From Candidatus Avamphibacillus intestinigallinarum (GTDB lineage: Bacteria > Bacillota > Bacilli > Bacillales > Amphibacillaceae), in contig DVIO01000104.1 of NCBI GenBank assembly GCA_018711205.1, positions 1,652-65,651 on the forward strand: a stretch of 64,000 nucleotides of DNA, in the 5' to 3' direction. Positions 20,559-29,623 of this stretch are shown here, piece by piece. The notes beneath the pieces were generated by a model. It was given only the letters and a program-made list of their open reading frames with translations. It had not been told where the DNA came from and ran no database searches. The position numbers and the translations under genes are program-made. Position 1 is the stretch's first letter, and the number at the start of each line of letters is the position of its first letter.

Positions 20559-20653
20559 TTGTCTCTCACCTCTTTATGCTACTAGCTACTCTTCTTAGTA
20601 TAGGCCAATTTATAAAAAAGCGAACATAAAAAGAGAGCAGCTACATGCTCCCT

Positions 20654-20959
20654 TTAAGAGTCTTTCATATACAGAATGATAAACAGTAGTTCTAACAACC
20701 AAGGTACATATTGTTTTGCAATTTCAAATATGTCATCAATGGTATCAAATATTTTATCAATATCATACCGACCAGTTTCATCCTGAAATTGTTGTAAAAA
20801 ACGATTAGCCTGTTTCGGCATCGGCCTTGCTAATTCAGATGGATAACTAGGTAGTAATGGCTTCTGGAAATATTCAAAAGCCGTGACATGACCCATTTGT
20901 TCATCATCAAGTACACTTTCATGATGAGGATACATATTTTGATACCCATACATACGCAC
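20654..20959 (-). CDS. Hypothetical 101-aa protein (possibly YppG/YqfQ-like)
   Basis: ORF with AAAGGAGG RBS; no terminator separates it from the upstream glutaredoxin-like gene; family guess is weak. Confidence 0.55.
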   Translation of the reverse strand: MRMYGYQNMYPHHESVLDDEQMGHVTAFEYFQKPLLPSYPSELARPMPKQANRFLQQFQDETGRYDIDKIFDTIDDIFEIAKQYVPWLLELLFIILYMKDS

Positions 20960-21053
20960 AACCTCCTTTTTAACACTTTATGAATGAAAAGAAGAGTTGT
21001 GCCATGTGACCTGCTAACCATATATGCTTTTCCTTGATGTAATACTATTCCAG

Positions 21054-21353
21054 TTACGATTCAAAGGTTAAAAATTTCTCACTGTTAATCGTCGTGTGAA
21101 TCTTAATAATCTTTCGCAATACCTTTTTATTAAACCCAAGTACGTGTTGATTAAGCTTTTGGTGTATGGTCGCAGGTGTACCATAAATACCTTTCTGTTG
21201 CATTTCATGTAAATCTGCTCTATTTTCAGTGACGTTTTTTATTTTGAAACGGATATTCCATTTTTCAAGTTGACGAACCACTTTTTCACAAGTCGGGCAA
21301 GCATTGCTCACATAAACAATAATATCTTCATCTTGCCAATCTGAATGACTCAT
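21054..21353 (-). CDS. Glutaredoxin/NrdH-like thioredoxin-fold protein
   Basis: 99 aa with CPTC redox motif near N-terminus and GTP cis-Pro region; AAGGAGG RBS; sigma-B promoter upstream. Confidence 0.75.
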   Translation of the reverse strand: MSHSDWQDEDIIVYVSNACPTCEKVVRQLEKWNIRFKIKNVTENRADLHEMQQKGIYGTPATIHQKLNQHVLGFNKKVLRKIIKIHTTINSEKFLTFES

Positions 21354-21407
21354 GTTGTATGCCTCCTTGATGTTTTTTTATGAAACACAATGAATGGTTT
21401 CCCTTTT

Positions 21408-21432
21408 CAAATATAGTTAAACAAGTTTATTT
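21408..21432 (-). promoter_or_regulatory. Sigma-B-type promoter upstream of glutaredoxin-like gene
   Basis: Minus strand reads GTTTAA-N13-GGGAAA about 55 nt upstream of ATG 21353. Confidence 0.7.
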
Positions 21433-21449
21433 TAAGATGTCATACATCG

Positions 21450-22256
21450 TTAATATTCAACTTTACCTAATATATAAGCGCAAAGTAGACCTACTAAAGC
21501 TGTGATTAAACTGGCTACAAGTTCTATACCTGTTGGCCACCCCGGAAAGACGACGACAATTGATCCAATTACTAGACCAATCACAACAGAAAATGTTGCC
21601 AATTTGAAATGTTTCATAAAATAATGAATCACTTTACTCATAAAGATCATCCCAAAACCAATACCAAGAGCCACGACAATGAGCACATTAAGCTGTAATG
21701 CACTAAGTGCCTCAATAATCGTATGATATGCACCAATGACTAATAATACAAATGAACCGCTTATGCCAGGCAAAATCATGGCAGCACTTGCGAGCATACC
21801 TGCCAAAAATAAAAACAAATACGTTTGTACGCTAAATTCTACGATAACGGCATGACCAGATGTGTCGAGAAAGACAAGCATTGCACAAAGGATTGCACCT
21901 ATGATCAACAACACGATATGATGTGTTTTAAATGTGCCAATTTCACTTGTTTGGCGAAATAGATATGGCAAAATTCCAATAATCAAACCTAAAAAGAAAA
22001 ATTGTGTCGGTGCCGGATAGGTTGCAAACAGCCATTTAATGATATGACTAAATGCTAACAGGGCAATGCCCATACCGAGTAGAAGTGGTATAAGAAAACG
22101 CACATGTTTTTTCCAATGCTTTGTAAATATCCCATCAATTGATGCTATAAAATCATCGTATATCCCTAATAATACCGCGATTGTTCCCCCACTAACACCT
22201 GGGATTACATCGCTAATACCCATCATAAAACCGCGATATGTATTTTTCCAATTCAT
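21450..22256 (-). CDS. DUF368-family membrane protein (PopT-type candidate undecaprenyl-phosphate translocase)
   Basis: 268 aa polytopic protein with two IPG(V/I)SGG(T/S) repeats typical of DUF368. Confidence 0.8.
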   Translation of the reverse strand: MNWKNTYRGFMMGISDVIPGVSGGTIAVLLGIYDDFIASIDGIFTKHWKKHVRFLIPLLLGMGIALLAFSHIIKWLFATYPAPTQFFFLGLIIGILPYLFRQTSEIGTFKTHHIVLLIIGAILCAMLVFLDTSGHAVIVEFSVQTYLFLFLAGMLASAAMILPGISGSFVLLVIGAYHTIIEALSALQLNVLIVVALGIGFGMIFMSKVIHYFMKHFKLATFSVVIGLVIGSIVVVFPGWPTGIELVASLITALVGLLCAYILGKVEY

Positions 22257-22360
22257 GAGTTCATGGCTCCTTCAATTATTAATACGTCTCTATTATATAC
22301 ATACTTTGAACAAAAGTAGAATCACACATTTGTAAATTTTTTATGTCATTTTTTTAAGAT

Positions 22361-22385
22361 GTTTAACTTTTTGCCAACCGGGTAT
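22361..22385 (+). promoter_or_regulatory. Sigma-B-type promoter upstream of 48-aa ORF
   Basis: Perfect GTTTAA-N13-GGGTAT on plus strand, about 45 nt upstream of ATG 22432. Confidence 0.75.
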
Positions 22386-22431
22386 CTTTATATTGTGACG
22401 AAAATTTCAATATAGAAAGGATTGTCGATGA

Positions 22432-22578
22432 ATGCCAAGAGTTCAATATCAACCTACTAAAAACAAACAACTCTCTGATTCTCAAGAGGTGTTATATGCA
22501 AGATCCTTTAAACAAGCAGATATCGCAGGCGGCTTCAGACGTGAACGCGTAAAAGAAGCACGCACTGAAAATAAATAA
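22432..22578 (+). CDS. Unannotated 48-aa hydrophilic small protein (sigma-B dependent candidate)
   Basis: ATG..TAA ORF (MPRVQYQPTKNKQLSDSQEVLYARSFKQADIAGGFRRERVKEARTENK) below the track cutoff; GAAAGGA upstream (10-nt spacer); bracketed by consensus sigma-B promoter and own hairpin terminator. A competing 10-codon ORF starts at 22428. Confidence 0.55.
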   Translation: MPRVQYQPTKNKQLSDSQEVLYARSFKQADIAGGFRRERVKEARTENK

Positions 22579-22591
22579 GTACAGTGAATTC

Positions 22592-22622
22592 ATCCAGATG
22601 GTTTAGGCCATCTGGATTTTTT
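22592..22622 (+). terminator. Terminator of 48-aa ORF
   Basis: TCCAGATGG/CCATCTGGA stem followed by TTTTTT. Confidence 0.85.
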
Positions 22623-22708
22623 ATGCCTATCTTCCAATAAAGACCTAGTCATAAAGACTTGATAAGGTTATACTCGTACTAGAAATCAACTAAAAAGGAG
22701 GGCGTTTA

Positions 22709-23644
22709 ATGACAGAAACTGCTGTTACATTAACACATGTCACAAAGAAAATTCAGAATAAAAACATTATTAAGGATTTAAGCTTTTCAATCCCAAAAGG
22801 TGAAGTTTTTGGTTTCATCGGTCCAAACGGTGCTGGGAAAACGACAACGATTCGTATGATTGTTGGGCTCATCAGCATTACAGAAGGTGATATCGAGATT
22901 TGTGGTAAAAGCATAAAAAAAGATTTCCAAGCTGCAGTTCGCCATGTTGGAGCTATTGTTGAAAATCCAGAAATGTATCCCTTTATGACAGGCTGGCAAA
23001 ACTTAAAGCATTTTGCCAATATGGTCGAAGGTGTCACTGAAGAACGCATTCATGAGGTAATTCAGCTGGTTGGACTTGAAAAAGTCGTCCAACAAAAAGT
23101 AGGTCGCTATTCACTCGGTATGCGACAACGTCTTGGTATTGCTCAAGCATTGTTACATCACCCAGATGTGTTGATTTTAGATGAGCCGACAAATGGACTG
23201 GATCCAGCTGGAATTAAGGAAATTCGCCAATACATACGACGTTTAGCAACTGAAGAAAATATTTCTGTTATTGTATCAAGCCATCTACTTTCAGAAATCG
23301 AATTAATGTGTGATCGAATCGGTGTCATTAAAAATGGCGAACTCGTTGCCTTAGAAGCTGTTCATGATGACGCTGAAGCAACAGAAGCTAAGAATCAAGA
23401 GCTACGTAACGTAACAATTGAAGTCACCCCTATCGAAAAAGCGCAACAATTATTAACAGATACGTATTCATTTGAAGTCTCTAGTCACAAACATCAATTG
23501 TCTTTCCAATGCCAAAAAGAAGAAATTCCACAAGTCATCTCAACCCTCGTTCAACACGACATCAAGATTTATAGTGTCGAACGCCAAGTCGCCACATTAG
23601 AAGACAAATTCTTTGATTTGATTGGAGAGAATACCATTGATTAA
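22709..23644 (+). CDS. ABC transporter ATP-binding protein (ABC-2 / exporter type)
   Basis: Walker A GPNGAGKT, signature YSLGMRQR, Walker B ILDEPT. Confidence 0.9.
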   Translation: MTETAVTLTHVTKKIQNKNIIKDLSFSIPKGEVFGFIGPNGAGKTTTIRMIVGLISITEGDIEICGKSIKKDFQAAVRHVGAIVENPEMYPFMTGWQNLKHFANMVEGVTEERIHEVIQLVGLEKVVQQKVGRYSLGMRQRLGIAQALLHHPDVLILDEPTNGLDPAGIKEIRQYIRRLATEENISVIVSSHLLSEIELMCDRIGVIKNGELVALEAVHDDAEATEAKNQELRNVTIEVTPIEKAQQLLTDTYSFEVSSHKHQLSFQCQKEEIPQVISTLVQHDIKIYSVERQVATLEDKFFDLIGENTID

Positions 23645-24587
23645 ATTAATTAAAAATGAATTATTTAAGCTGTTCATCCAAAAATCAACTTGGATTATGT
23701 TTATTGCACTTTTTGTCTTACTCCTAGGAAACGGAATCATTGCAAAAATTTATGCCGATGATTATTTAAATGATTACTCTGATGATTGGAAGAGTGAATT
23801 ACAAGCGGAAAACAAAGAATTGAAAGAGAATCTTAAAGAAGCTGGTCATGACAATCCAATGGCAGAAATGTATCAAGAGGAACTAAGTGAAAACAACTAC
23901 TATTTAAAACATAACATTAAACCGACAAACTATGGCGCGTTACAATTTGTTTATGATAATCGTGACTTTCTGCCCGTCGTAAGCTTGCTCACGATTATTG
24001 TATCTGCTGGTATTGTCGCGAACGAATTCCGTTGGGGGACGATTAAATTATTACTCATTCGGCCTGTGTCCCGGACGAAGATTTTATTCTCGAAATATTT
24101 TAGTACATTATTATTCGCATTAGGCGCTTTAGTATTCATTCTGATCGGTTCTTGGTTAATCGGGGCTGTACTCTTCGGTTTCGATGGACTTAATCCTAAA
24201 ACAATTCAGTTAAGTCAGAATGGTGCAGAGTATACATCCGTCTTATCACAAATCACGTCTGGTTATGGTTATAAGCTAATCAATTTAGTGATGATGGCGA
24301 CATTTGCCTTTATGATTTCTGCTGTATTCCGTAACAGTTCACTTGCGATTGGGATTGCGATTTTCCTAATGTTTGCTGGCAATACAATTGTTGCGGCTTT
24401 CAGTCAACATAGTTGGGCAAAATTTATTTTATTTGCCAATACAGATCTACAGCAATATCAAACGAACAATGTATTTATTGAAGGCATGACGTTATCCTTC
24501 TCTATTTCAGTGCTCATCGTATATTATATCGTCTTTATTGCCCTCGCCTGGATATTCTTTACAAAACGTGATGTCGCAGGCACATAA
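23637..24587 (+). CDS. ABC-2 family permease
   Basis: 6-TM protein with large first extracytoplasmic loop; TTG 23637 (MIKLIKNE) has GGAGAG RBS; track start 23622 also possible. Confidence 0.8.
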   Translation: MIKLIKNELFKLFIQKSTWIMFIALFVLLLGNGIIAKIYADDYLNDYSDDWKSELQAENKELKENLKEAGHDNPMAEMYQEELSENNYYLKHNIKPTNYGALQFVYDNRDFLPVVSLLTIIVSAGIVANEFRWGTIKLLLIRPVSRTKILFSKYFSTLLFALGALVFILIGSWLIGAVLFGFDGLNPKTIQLSQNGAEYTSVLSQITSGYGYKLINLVMMATFAFMISAVFRNSSLAIGIAIFLMFAGNTIVAAFSQHSWAKFILFANTDLQQYQTNNVFIEGMTLSFSISVLIVYYIVFIALAWIFFTKRDVAGT

Positions 24588-24606
24588 TCTGGCTTTACGT
24601 CATTGA

Positions 24607-24640
24607 GGGGCTGTCCTTGTAAAATAGACAGCCCCGTTTT
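24607..24640. terminator. Bidirectional terminator (ABC-2 permease / YqcI gene)
   Basis: GGGGCTGTC/GACAGCCCC stem then TTTT. Confidence 0.85.
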
Positions 24641-25394
24641 AATTTGGTCGAAATGGACAATCGCCGCTAATTTCCTCTGTATCATCGCCAATGAAATACT
24701 GCTTCCACTCTCGATGCGATGTATCCCCGTAATGACTAATATTCGGATGTTTCGGTAATTGATCCCATTTTTCTACACGTTTACGAATATTCTCTCTAGC
24801 ACGCCTGCCACTTTTGGAGTCCCCTTCTAGTCCTGCAAATATTTGACGTGGCTGGAAGCCTAAAATAAGTGAATTACCAAGATCTCTCGTTTTTCTCTGT
24901 TTATAAGCAGGTGTATTCCCAAATACGAAATACGTATCCCCGGCAAATGAAAAAGACCATAAATGATGATCCGGATGCTTTGGGTAATCCTTTGGCCATT
25001 CATACGGGTCATGATCATGTAAATATTGTAATATATCCCAAAAATACGAACGATAATATTCTAAGGAATGTTCCGCTGTTTCTGGTTCAACAAATAAAAA
25101 GAACCCATGACGAATCAGCCGTTCTTGATTTGAAAATAAGGCGTTAAAAGCTTCTAACGTTTGTGGTAAATGTGCCCAATCATCATGACTAATATAACTA
25201 TAACGTAACTCTCCTCGCGTATGACCCGCATAACCAAATGAGCAAGGAAAGTCCTGGCGTGTAACAATATTTGAAAAGGTTTTATATTCATTTAAAAACC
25301 ATTCGGGTAAATCGCTTCGTTTATGCTGTTCAATGTCGTCCTTCGTTAACAATCTATGCCCCAACAAACAACACCCTCTTCCTAAAATCTTCAT
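24639..25394 (-). CDS. YqcI/YcgG-family protein
   Basis: 251 aa with the family-typical FPC(S)F motif and aromatic/His-rich core; function unknown. Confidence 0.65.
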   Translation of the reverse strand: MKILGRGCCLLGHRLLTKDDIEQHKRSDLPEWFLNEYKTFSNIVTRQDFPCSFGYAGHTRGELRYSYISHDDWAHLPQTLEAFNALFSNQERLIRHGFFLFVEPETAEHSLEYYRSYFWDILQYLHDHDPYEWPKDYPKHPDHHLWSFSFAGDTYFVFGNTPAYKQRKTRDLGNSLILGFQPRQIFAGLEGDSKSGRRARENIRKRVEKWDQLPKHPNISHYGDTSHREWKQYFIGDDTEEISGDCPFRPN

Positions 25395-25467
25395 GGCTCT
25401 TCATACTGCATTTCCCAATAGATGATTTCTAAAACAGTTTAAGATCACTGATACATTGTCAATGGAT

Positions 25468-25506
25468 TAAAAAAGCCATCATCTACTCTAAAGTAAATGA
25501 TGGCTT
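25468..25506 (-). terminator. Terminator after typA
   Basis: AAGCCATCAT/ATGATGGCTT stem, U-run on minus strand. Confidence 0.8.
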
Positions 25507-25510
25507 ACGA

Positions 25511-27334
25511 TTATTTATTACGTTTTGCTGCTTTTTCACGTTCATTTTTATTTAAGATTTTTTTACGTAAACGAATCGATTCAGGTGTTACTTCGCAATA
25601 TTCATCGTCATCTAAATATTGTAATGCTTCTTCAAGTGACATGCTTCTTGTTTTACGAATCGTCGCCGTTTGATCTTTGTTGGCTGAACGTACGTTCGTT
25701 AAATGCTTTTCTTTTGTAAGATTAACGGTTAAATCGTTCTCACGATTATGTTCACCAACAATCATACCTGCATATACTTCTGTACCTGGTTCAACGAAAA
25801 TCACACCGCGATCTTCTAAGTTCATAATACCGTATGTTGATGCTTTACCATTTTCTAGCGCAACGAGTACGCCTTCTCTTCGACCACCTAGATTTCCTTT
25901 TACGACAGGTTCATACGTATCAAATGTATGGTTTAAAATACCATAACCATGGGTTTGTGTCATAAATTCTGTCGTATAGCCAAGTAGTCCACGTGACGGC
26001 ACTTTAAACTCAAGACGCATTTGGCCATTACCTTGGTTGACCATATCTAGCATTTCACCTTTACGCTCACCGATTGATTCCATCACAGCGCCTGTATAAT
26101 CTTCAGGTACATCGATTTGTACACGCTCAACCGGTTCACATTTCACACCGTCAATTTCTTTAATGATTACCTGTGGTTTTGATAACTGAAGCTCATAACC
26201 TTCACGACGCATATTTTCAATTAAAATAGATAAATGTAATTCACCACGACCAGATACAATCCAAACATCCGGAGAGTCTGTTGGGTCTACGCGTAAACTT
26301 ACATCGGTTTCTAATTGTTTCATCAAGCGTTCTTCAATTTTACGAGATGTAATGAATTTACCTTCTTTACCCGCGAATGGACTGTTATTAACTAAGAATG
26401 TCATCTGTAAAGTTGGCTCGTCAATTCTTAAGAAAGGTAAGCTCTCTGGATGGCTTTCCGGACAAATCGTTTCGCCAATATTCAAGTCTTCCATACCGGC
26501 AATCGCGACAATATCACCAGCTTTTGCTTCAGTAATATCAACGCGTTTCAAACCGATAAACCCGAATAATTTAGTCACTCTGAATGATTTTTGACTACCA
26601 TCTTCTTTCATAACGACTACTTGTTGGCCTACTTTCATACTGCCACGGAATATACGGCCAACCCCGATTCTCCCGACATAATCATTATAATCTAATAATG
26701 TAACCTGGAATTGTAACGGCTCATCTGTATTGTCAACCGGAGCTGGAATATGCTCGATAATCGTATCAAAAATTGGATCCATTGTTTCCTGTTGTGTATC
26801 TGGTTCATCACTTGATGTACCATTTAATGCTGAAGCATACATGACTGGGAATTCAAGTTGTTCATCATCAGCACCAAGTTCAATAAATAAATCAAGCACT
26901 TCATCGATTACTTCACTTGGTCTAGCATTAGGACGGTCAATTTTGTTTAAAACAACAATCGGACGTAATTTTTGCTCAAGTGCCTTTTTCAACACGAAAC
27001 GTGTTTGCGGCATACATCCTTCATATGCATCAACAACTAATAATACACCATCAACCATTTTCATAATACGTTCAACTTCGCCACCAAAGTCGGCGTGTCC
27101 TGGTGTATCTAGAATGTTAATCTTTGTATCTTTATATTGAATAGCTGTGTTTTTCGCTAGGATCGTGATGCCACGTTCTTTCTCAATATCTCCGGAGTCC
27201 ATTGCTCTTGATTCAACTTGTTCATGCTCTTGGAATGTTCCTGAGTATCTTAATAGTTGATCCACTAACGTCGTTTTACCATGGTCAACGTGTGCAATAA
27301 TTGCAATATTACGAATATCTTCTCTTAAATTCAT
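25511..27334 (-). CDS. typA: Translational GTPase TypA/BipA
   Basis: AHVDHGKTT, DTPGH, NKID G-motifs and EF-G-like domains; 607 aa. Confidence 0.96.
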   Translation of the reverse strand: MNLREDIRNIAIIAHVDHGKTTLVDQLLRYSGTFQEHEQVESRAMDSGDIEKERGITILAKNTAIQYKDTKINILDTPGHADFGGEVERIMKMVDGVLLVVDAYEGCMPQTRFVLKKALEQKLRPIVVLNKIDRPNARPSEVIDEVLDLFIELGADDEQLEFPVMYASALNGTSSDEPDTQQETMDPIFDTIIEHIPAPVDNTDEPLQFQVTLLDYNDYVGRIGVGRIFRGSMKVGQQVVVMKEDGSQKSFRVTKLFGFIGLKRVDITEAKAGDIVAIAGMEDLNIGETICPESHPESLPFLRIDEPTLQMTFLVNNSPFAGKEGKFITSRKIEERLMKQLETDVSLRVDPTDSPDVWIVSGRGELHLSILIENMRREGYELQLSKPQVIIKEIDGVKCEPVERVQIDVPEDYTGAVMESIGERKGEMLDMVNQGNGQMRLEFKVPSRGLLGYTTEFMTQTHGYGILNHTFDTYEPVVKGNLGGRREGVLVALENGKASTYGIMNLEDRGVIFVEPGTEVYAGMIVGEHNRENDLTVNLTKEKHLTNVRSANKDQTATIRKTRSMSLEEALQYLDDDEYCEVTPESIRLRKKILNKNEREKAAKRNK

Positions 27335-27435
27335 AAACTTTGCTCCTCTTTTCTAACCGAATCTCATTAACTTAGCTAGTATACCACATAATCCTTTAGA
27401 TAAAAAACGGATATTTTGCGATGTAAAACATTTTT

Positions 27436-28776
27436 TTATTTTTTAGCAAGTGGAAGTTCTATCTCAAATAATGCGCCCCCAAGATCTGCCACACCGGCAT
27501 GAATCTTACCACCTGATGATTCAATCATTGCTTTGGCAATTGCCAAGCCTAGACCAGTATCTCCATCCTTACCTTTTACAAATCTGTGGAAAATATAAGG
27601 CTGTAATTTTTGGGGTATGCCTGGACCATCGTCAGCAACAGCAAGTTTTACCAAGCCTTTTTCTTCAATCACACTAATAACAATCTCGCCTTTAGCATAA
27701 CGTACCGCATTACTCGTGATATTTAATACACTTTGTAATAATTGATTACGATTCACATAAACGGCAACATCTTTTTCGATATCAATGGTGAATTTCAAAT
27801 CTTTATCCTCAAGGAAAGGTATAATGCGATCTTCCACATTTTCCAATAAGTTCGCGAGAGATACGTTTGTCCGCTTGCCAATCGTATCCTCAGTATCTAA
27901 TTTAGCTAAAATCGTCATTTCATTAATGATGCTCTTCAAACGATGGACTTCCTTCACCATCACGTCTAACCCTTTATCCTTTTCTTCTTGATCAAAGATG
28001 CCGTCCCGGATACCTTCAGCATAGCCTTGAATTGTCATCAATGGTGTTTTCAATTCATGACTAGCATTTTGGAAGAAAGCTTGTTGTGCCAATATATATT
28101 GATTCAACTCATCCGCCATTTCATATACACTTTTTTCGACCTCTTTGATTTCACCTGTTGCATGAATAGGAGTGAGTTCACCAAACTGTCTGCGCTCAAC
28201 TTTTTTAAGTTCTTTTTTCAAATTAGATAATGGCGTAACTAGTTTTCTCGTGAATAACGTACTTAGTAAAATCGCTACGATACCCCCGATGACAAAAACG
28301 ACAAACATCCGCATGATAAAACTCTCCTGTACATGCTGTAAGTCATTCAAAGGCGTTAACAAAATAAGTTCTAAGCCTTCCTCATCCGGATAAAATAAAA
28401 TACGTGAGGCGACAAATTTATTTTTGCCATATTCCCAAAGATTTTGTTGATTATCAGAGAAGTCATTTTGCTTAATAAATTCCTTTGTAATCTTTTCAGA
28501 TTCTGATGAGAATAAAAGTGAATTATCTTTACGATTGTATAAAAACACTTGTAAATCTTGTTCTTCTAAGAATACTTTAAATTGATTAATGTTCGCCTCA
28601 TCGACATCATCTTCATTCAGCATATGAACGAGTAATTCACCTTTTTGTGCAAGCTGACGTTCCTCATCTTGAATGAGAAGACCGAGCACAAGTGAATATA
28701 AAACATACCCTGTCACTGCCATAACAACAAATAATAAAGCAGTAAAAGCTAAGTTTAATTGCGTTTGTAATTTCAT
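27436..28776 (-). CDS. cssS: Sensor histidine kinase (CssS-like: 2 TM, extracytoplasmic loop, HAMP, HisKA, HATPase)
   Basis: H-box SHELKTPL, N/G boxes; overlaps response regulator by 4 nt; divergent HtrA protease as in B. subtilis cssRS-htrB. Confidence 0.6.
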   Translation of the reverse strand: MKLQTQLNLAFTALLFVVMAVTGYVLYSLVLGLLIQDEERQLAQKGELLVHMLNEDDVDEANINQFKVFLEEQDLQVFLYNRKDNSLLFSSESEKITKEFIKQNDFSDNQQNLWEYGKNKFVASRILFYPDEEGLELILLTPLNDLQHVQESFIMRMFVVFVIGGIVAILLSTLFTRKLVTPLSNLKKELKKVERRQFGELTPIHATGEIKEVEKSVYEMADELNQYILAQQAFFQNASHELKTPLMTIQGYAEGIRDGIFDQEEKDKGLDVMVKEVHRLKSIINEMTILAKLDTEDTIGKRTNVSLANLLENVEDRIIPFLEDKDLKFTIDIEKDVAVYVNRNQLLQSVLNITSNAVRYAKGEIVISVIEEKGLVKLAVADDGPGIPQKLQPYIFHRFVKGKDGDTGLGLAIAKAMIESSGGKIHAGVADLGGALFEIELPLAKK

Positions 28777-29456
28777 TCTGTACCTTCTTCAATCCCTAAT
28801 CGATAACCGTAACCCCAAACGGTTTCGATATTTAATCCATCAAACTTCTTGCGAATACGTTTAATAATATCGTCTACCGCTCGGTCACTTCCGTAATACG
28901 TCCCACCCCATACTTGATCAATAATCGCTTCTCTGGAATATGCATAGTTAGGGTGTTCCGCAAGCAATGACAGCAAGTCGTATTCTTTAATGGTTGTTTC
29001 AATTTCTTCACCTTTCCAAAACACACGACGCTCTTTTGGATATATGGTTAATTCTGATAATTTCAAAACACTTTCTGTCGTTGAACTTTTTTGCCCAGAA
29101 CGTTTGAACAAACGTCGTACTCTCGCGACAAGCTCTCTCGGACTAAATGGTTTTGTTAAATAATCATCTCCACCTAATTCAAGCCCGAGGACTTTATCGA
29201 TCTCTTCATCTTTTGCTGAAATGATAATAATCGGAACATCGCTCTCGTCACGAATTTGTCTACAAAATTCAAAACCGTCCATTCCCGGCAACATAATATC
29301 TATAATCCACATATCCGGTTGATGTGCTCGCCATATGTCAAGACCATCTTCAGCTGAGCCCGCAACCGTTACGGTATAGCCTTCCTTTTTCAAATAAGAC
29401 TCCACAATATTTTGAATGTTTGTATCATCTTCTACTAACCCTATATGTTCATTCAT
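28773..29456 (-). CDS. cssR: OmpR-family response regulator (CssR-like)
   Basis: Receiver (DIMLPGMDG) plus winged-helix output (GYGYRL); resembles CssR; synteny. Confidence 0.6.
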   Translation of the reverse strand: MNEHIGLVEDDTNIQNIVESYLKKEGYTVTVAGSAEDGLDIWRAHQPDMWIIDIMLPGMDGFEFCRQIRDESDVPIIIISAKDEEIDKVLGLELGGDDYLTKPFSPRELVARVRRLFKRSGQKSSTTESVLKLSELTIYPKERRVFWKGEEIETTIKEYDLLSLLAEHPNYAYSREAIIDQVWGGTYYGSDRAVDDIIKRIRKKFDGLNIETVWGYGYRLGIEEGTE

Positions 29457-29623
29457 ATCGTTTGGCCACCTTTAATCATTATTCTACACATATTTTCTCA
29501 TAAACCTCATCACTTGAACAATCAATAGGTAAATTTACACAGTTTTTCTACATAATCAACCCATTTTTATTACACTTCCTCGTTATACTGAGCTTACAAT
29601 AATTTTTAGAGAAGGTGATTGTT

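Noticed and set aside
22428-22460. 10-codon ORF (MNAKSSISTY) with ideal RBS spacing upstream of/overlapping the 48-aa ORF
   Set aside because: It is too short to support as a gene. It is kept only as a caveat on the start assignment of the 48-aa ORF.
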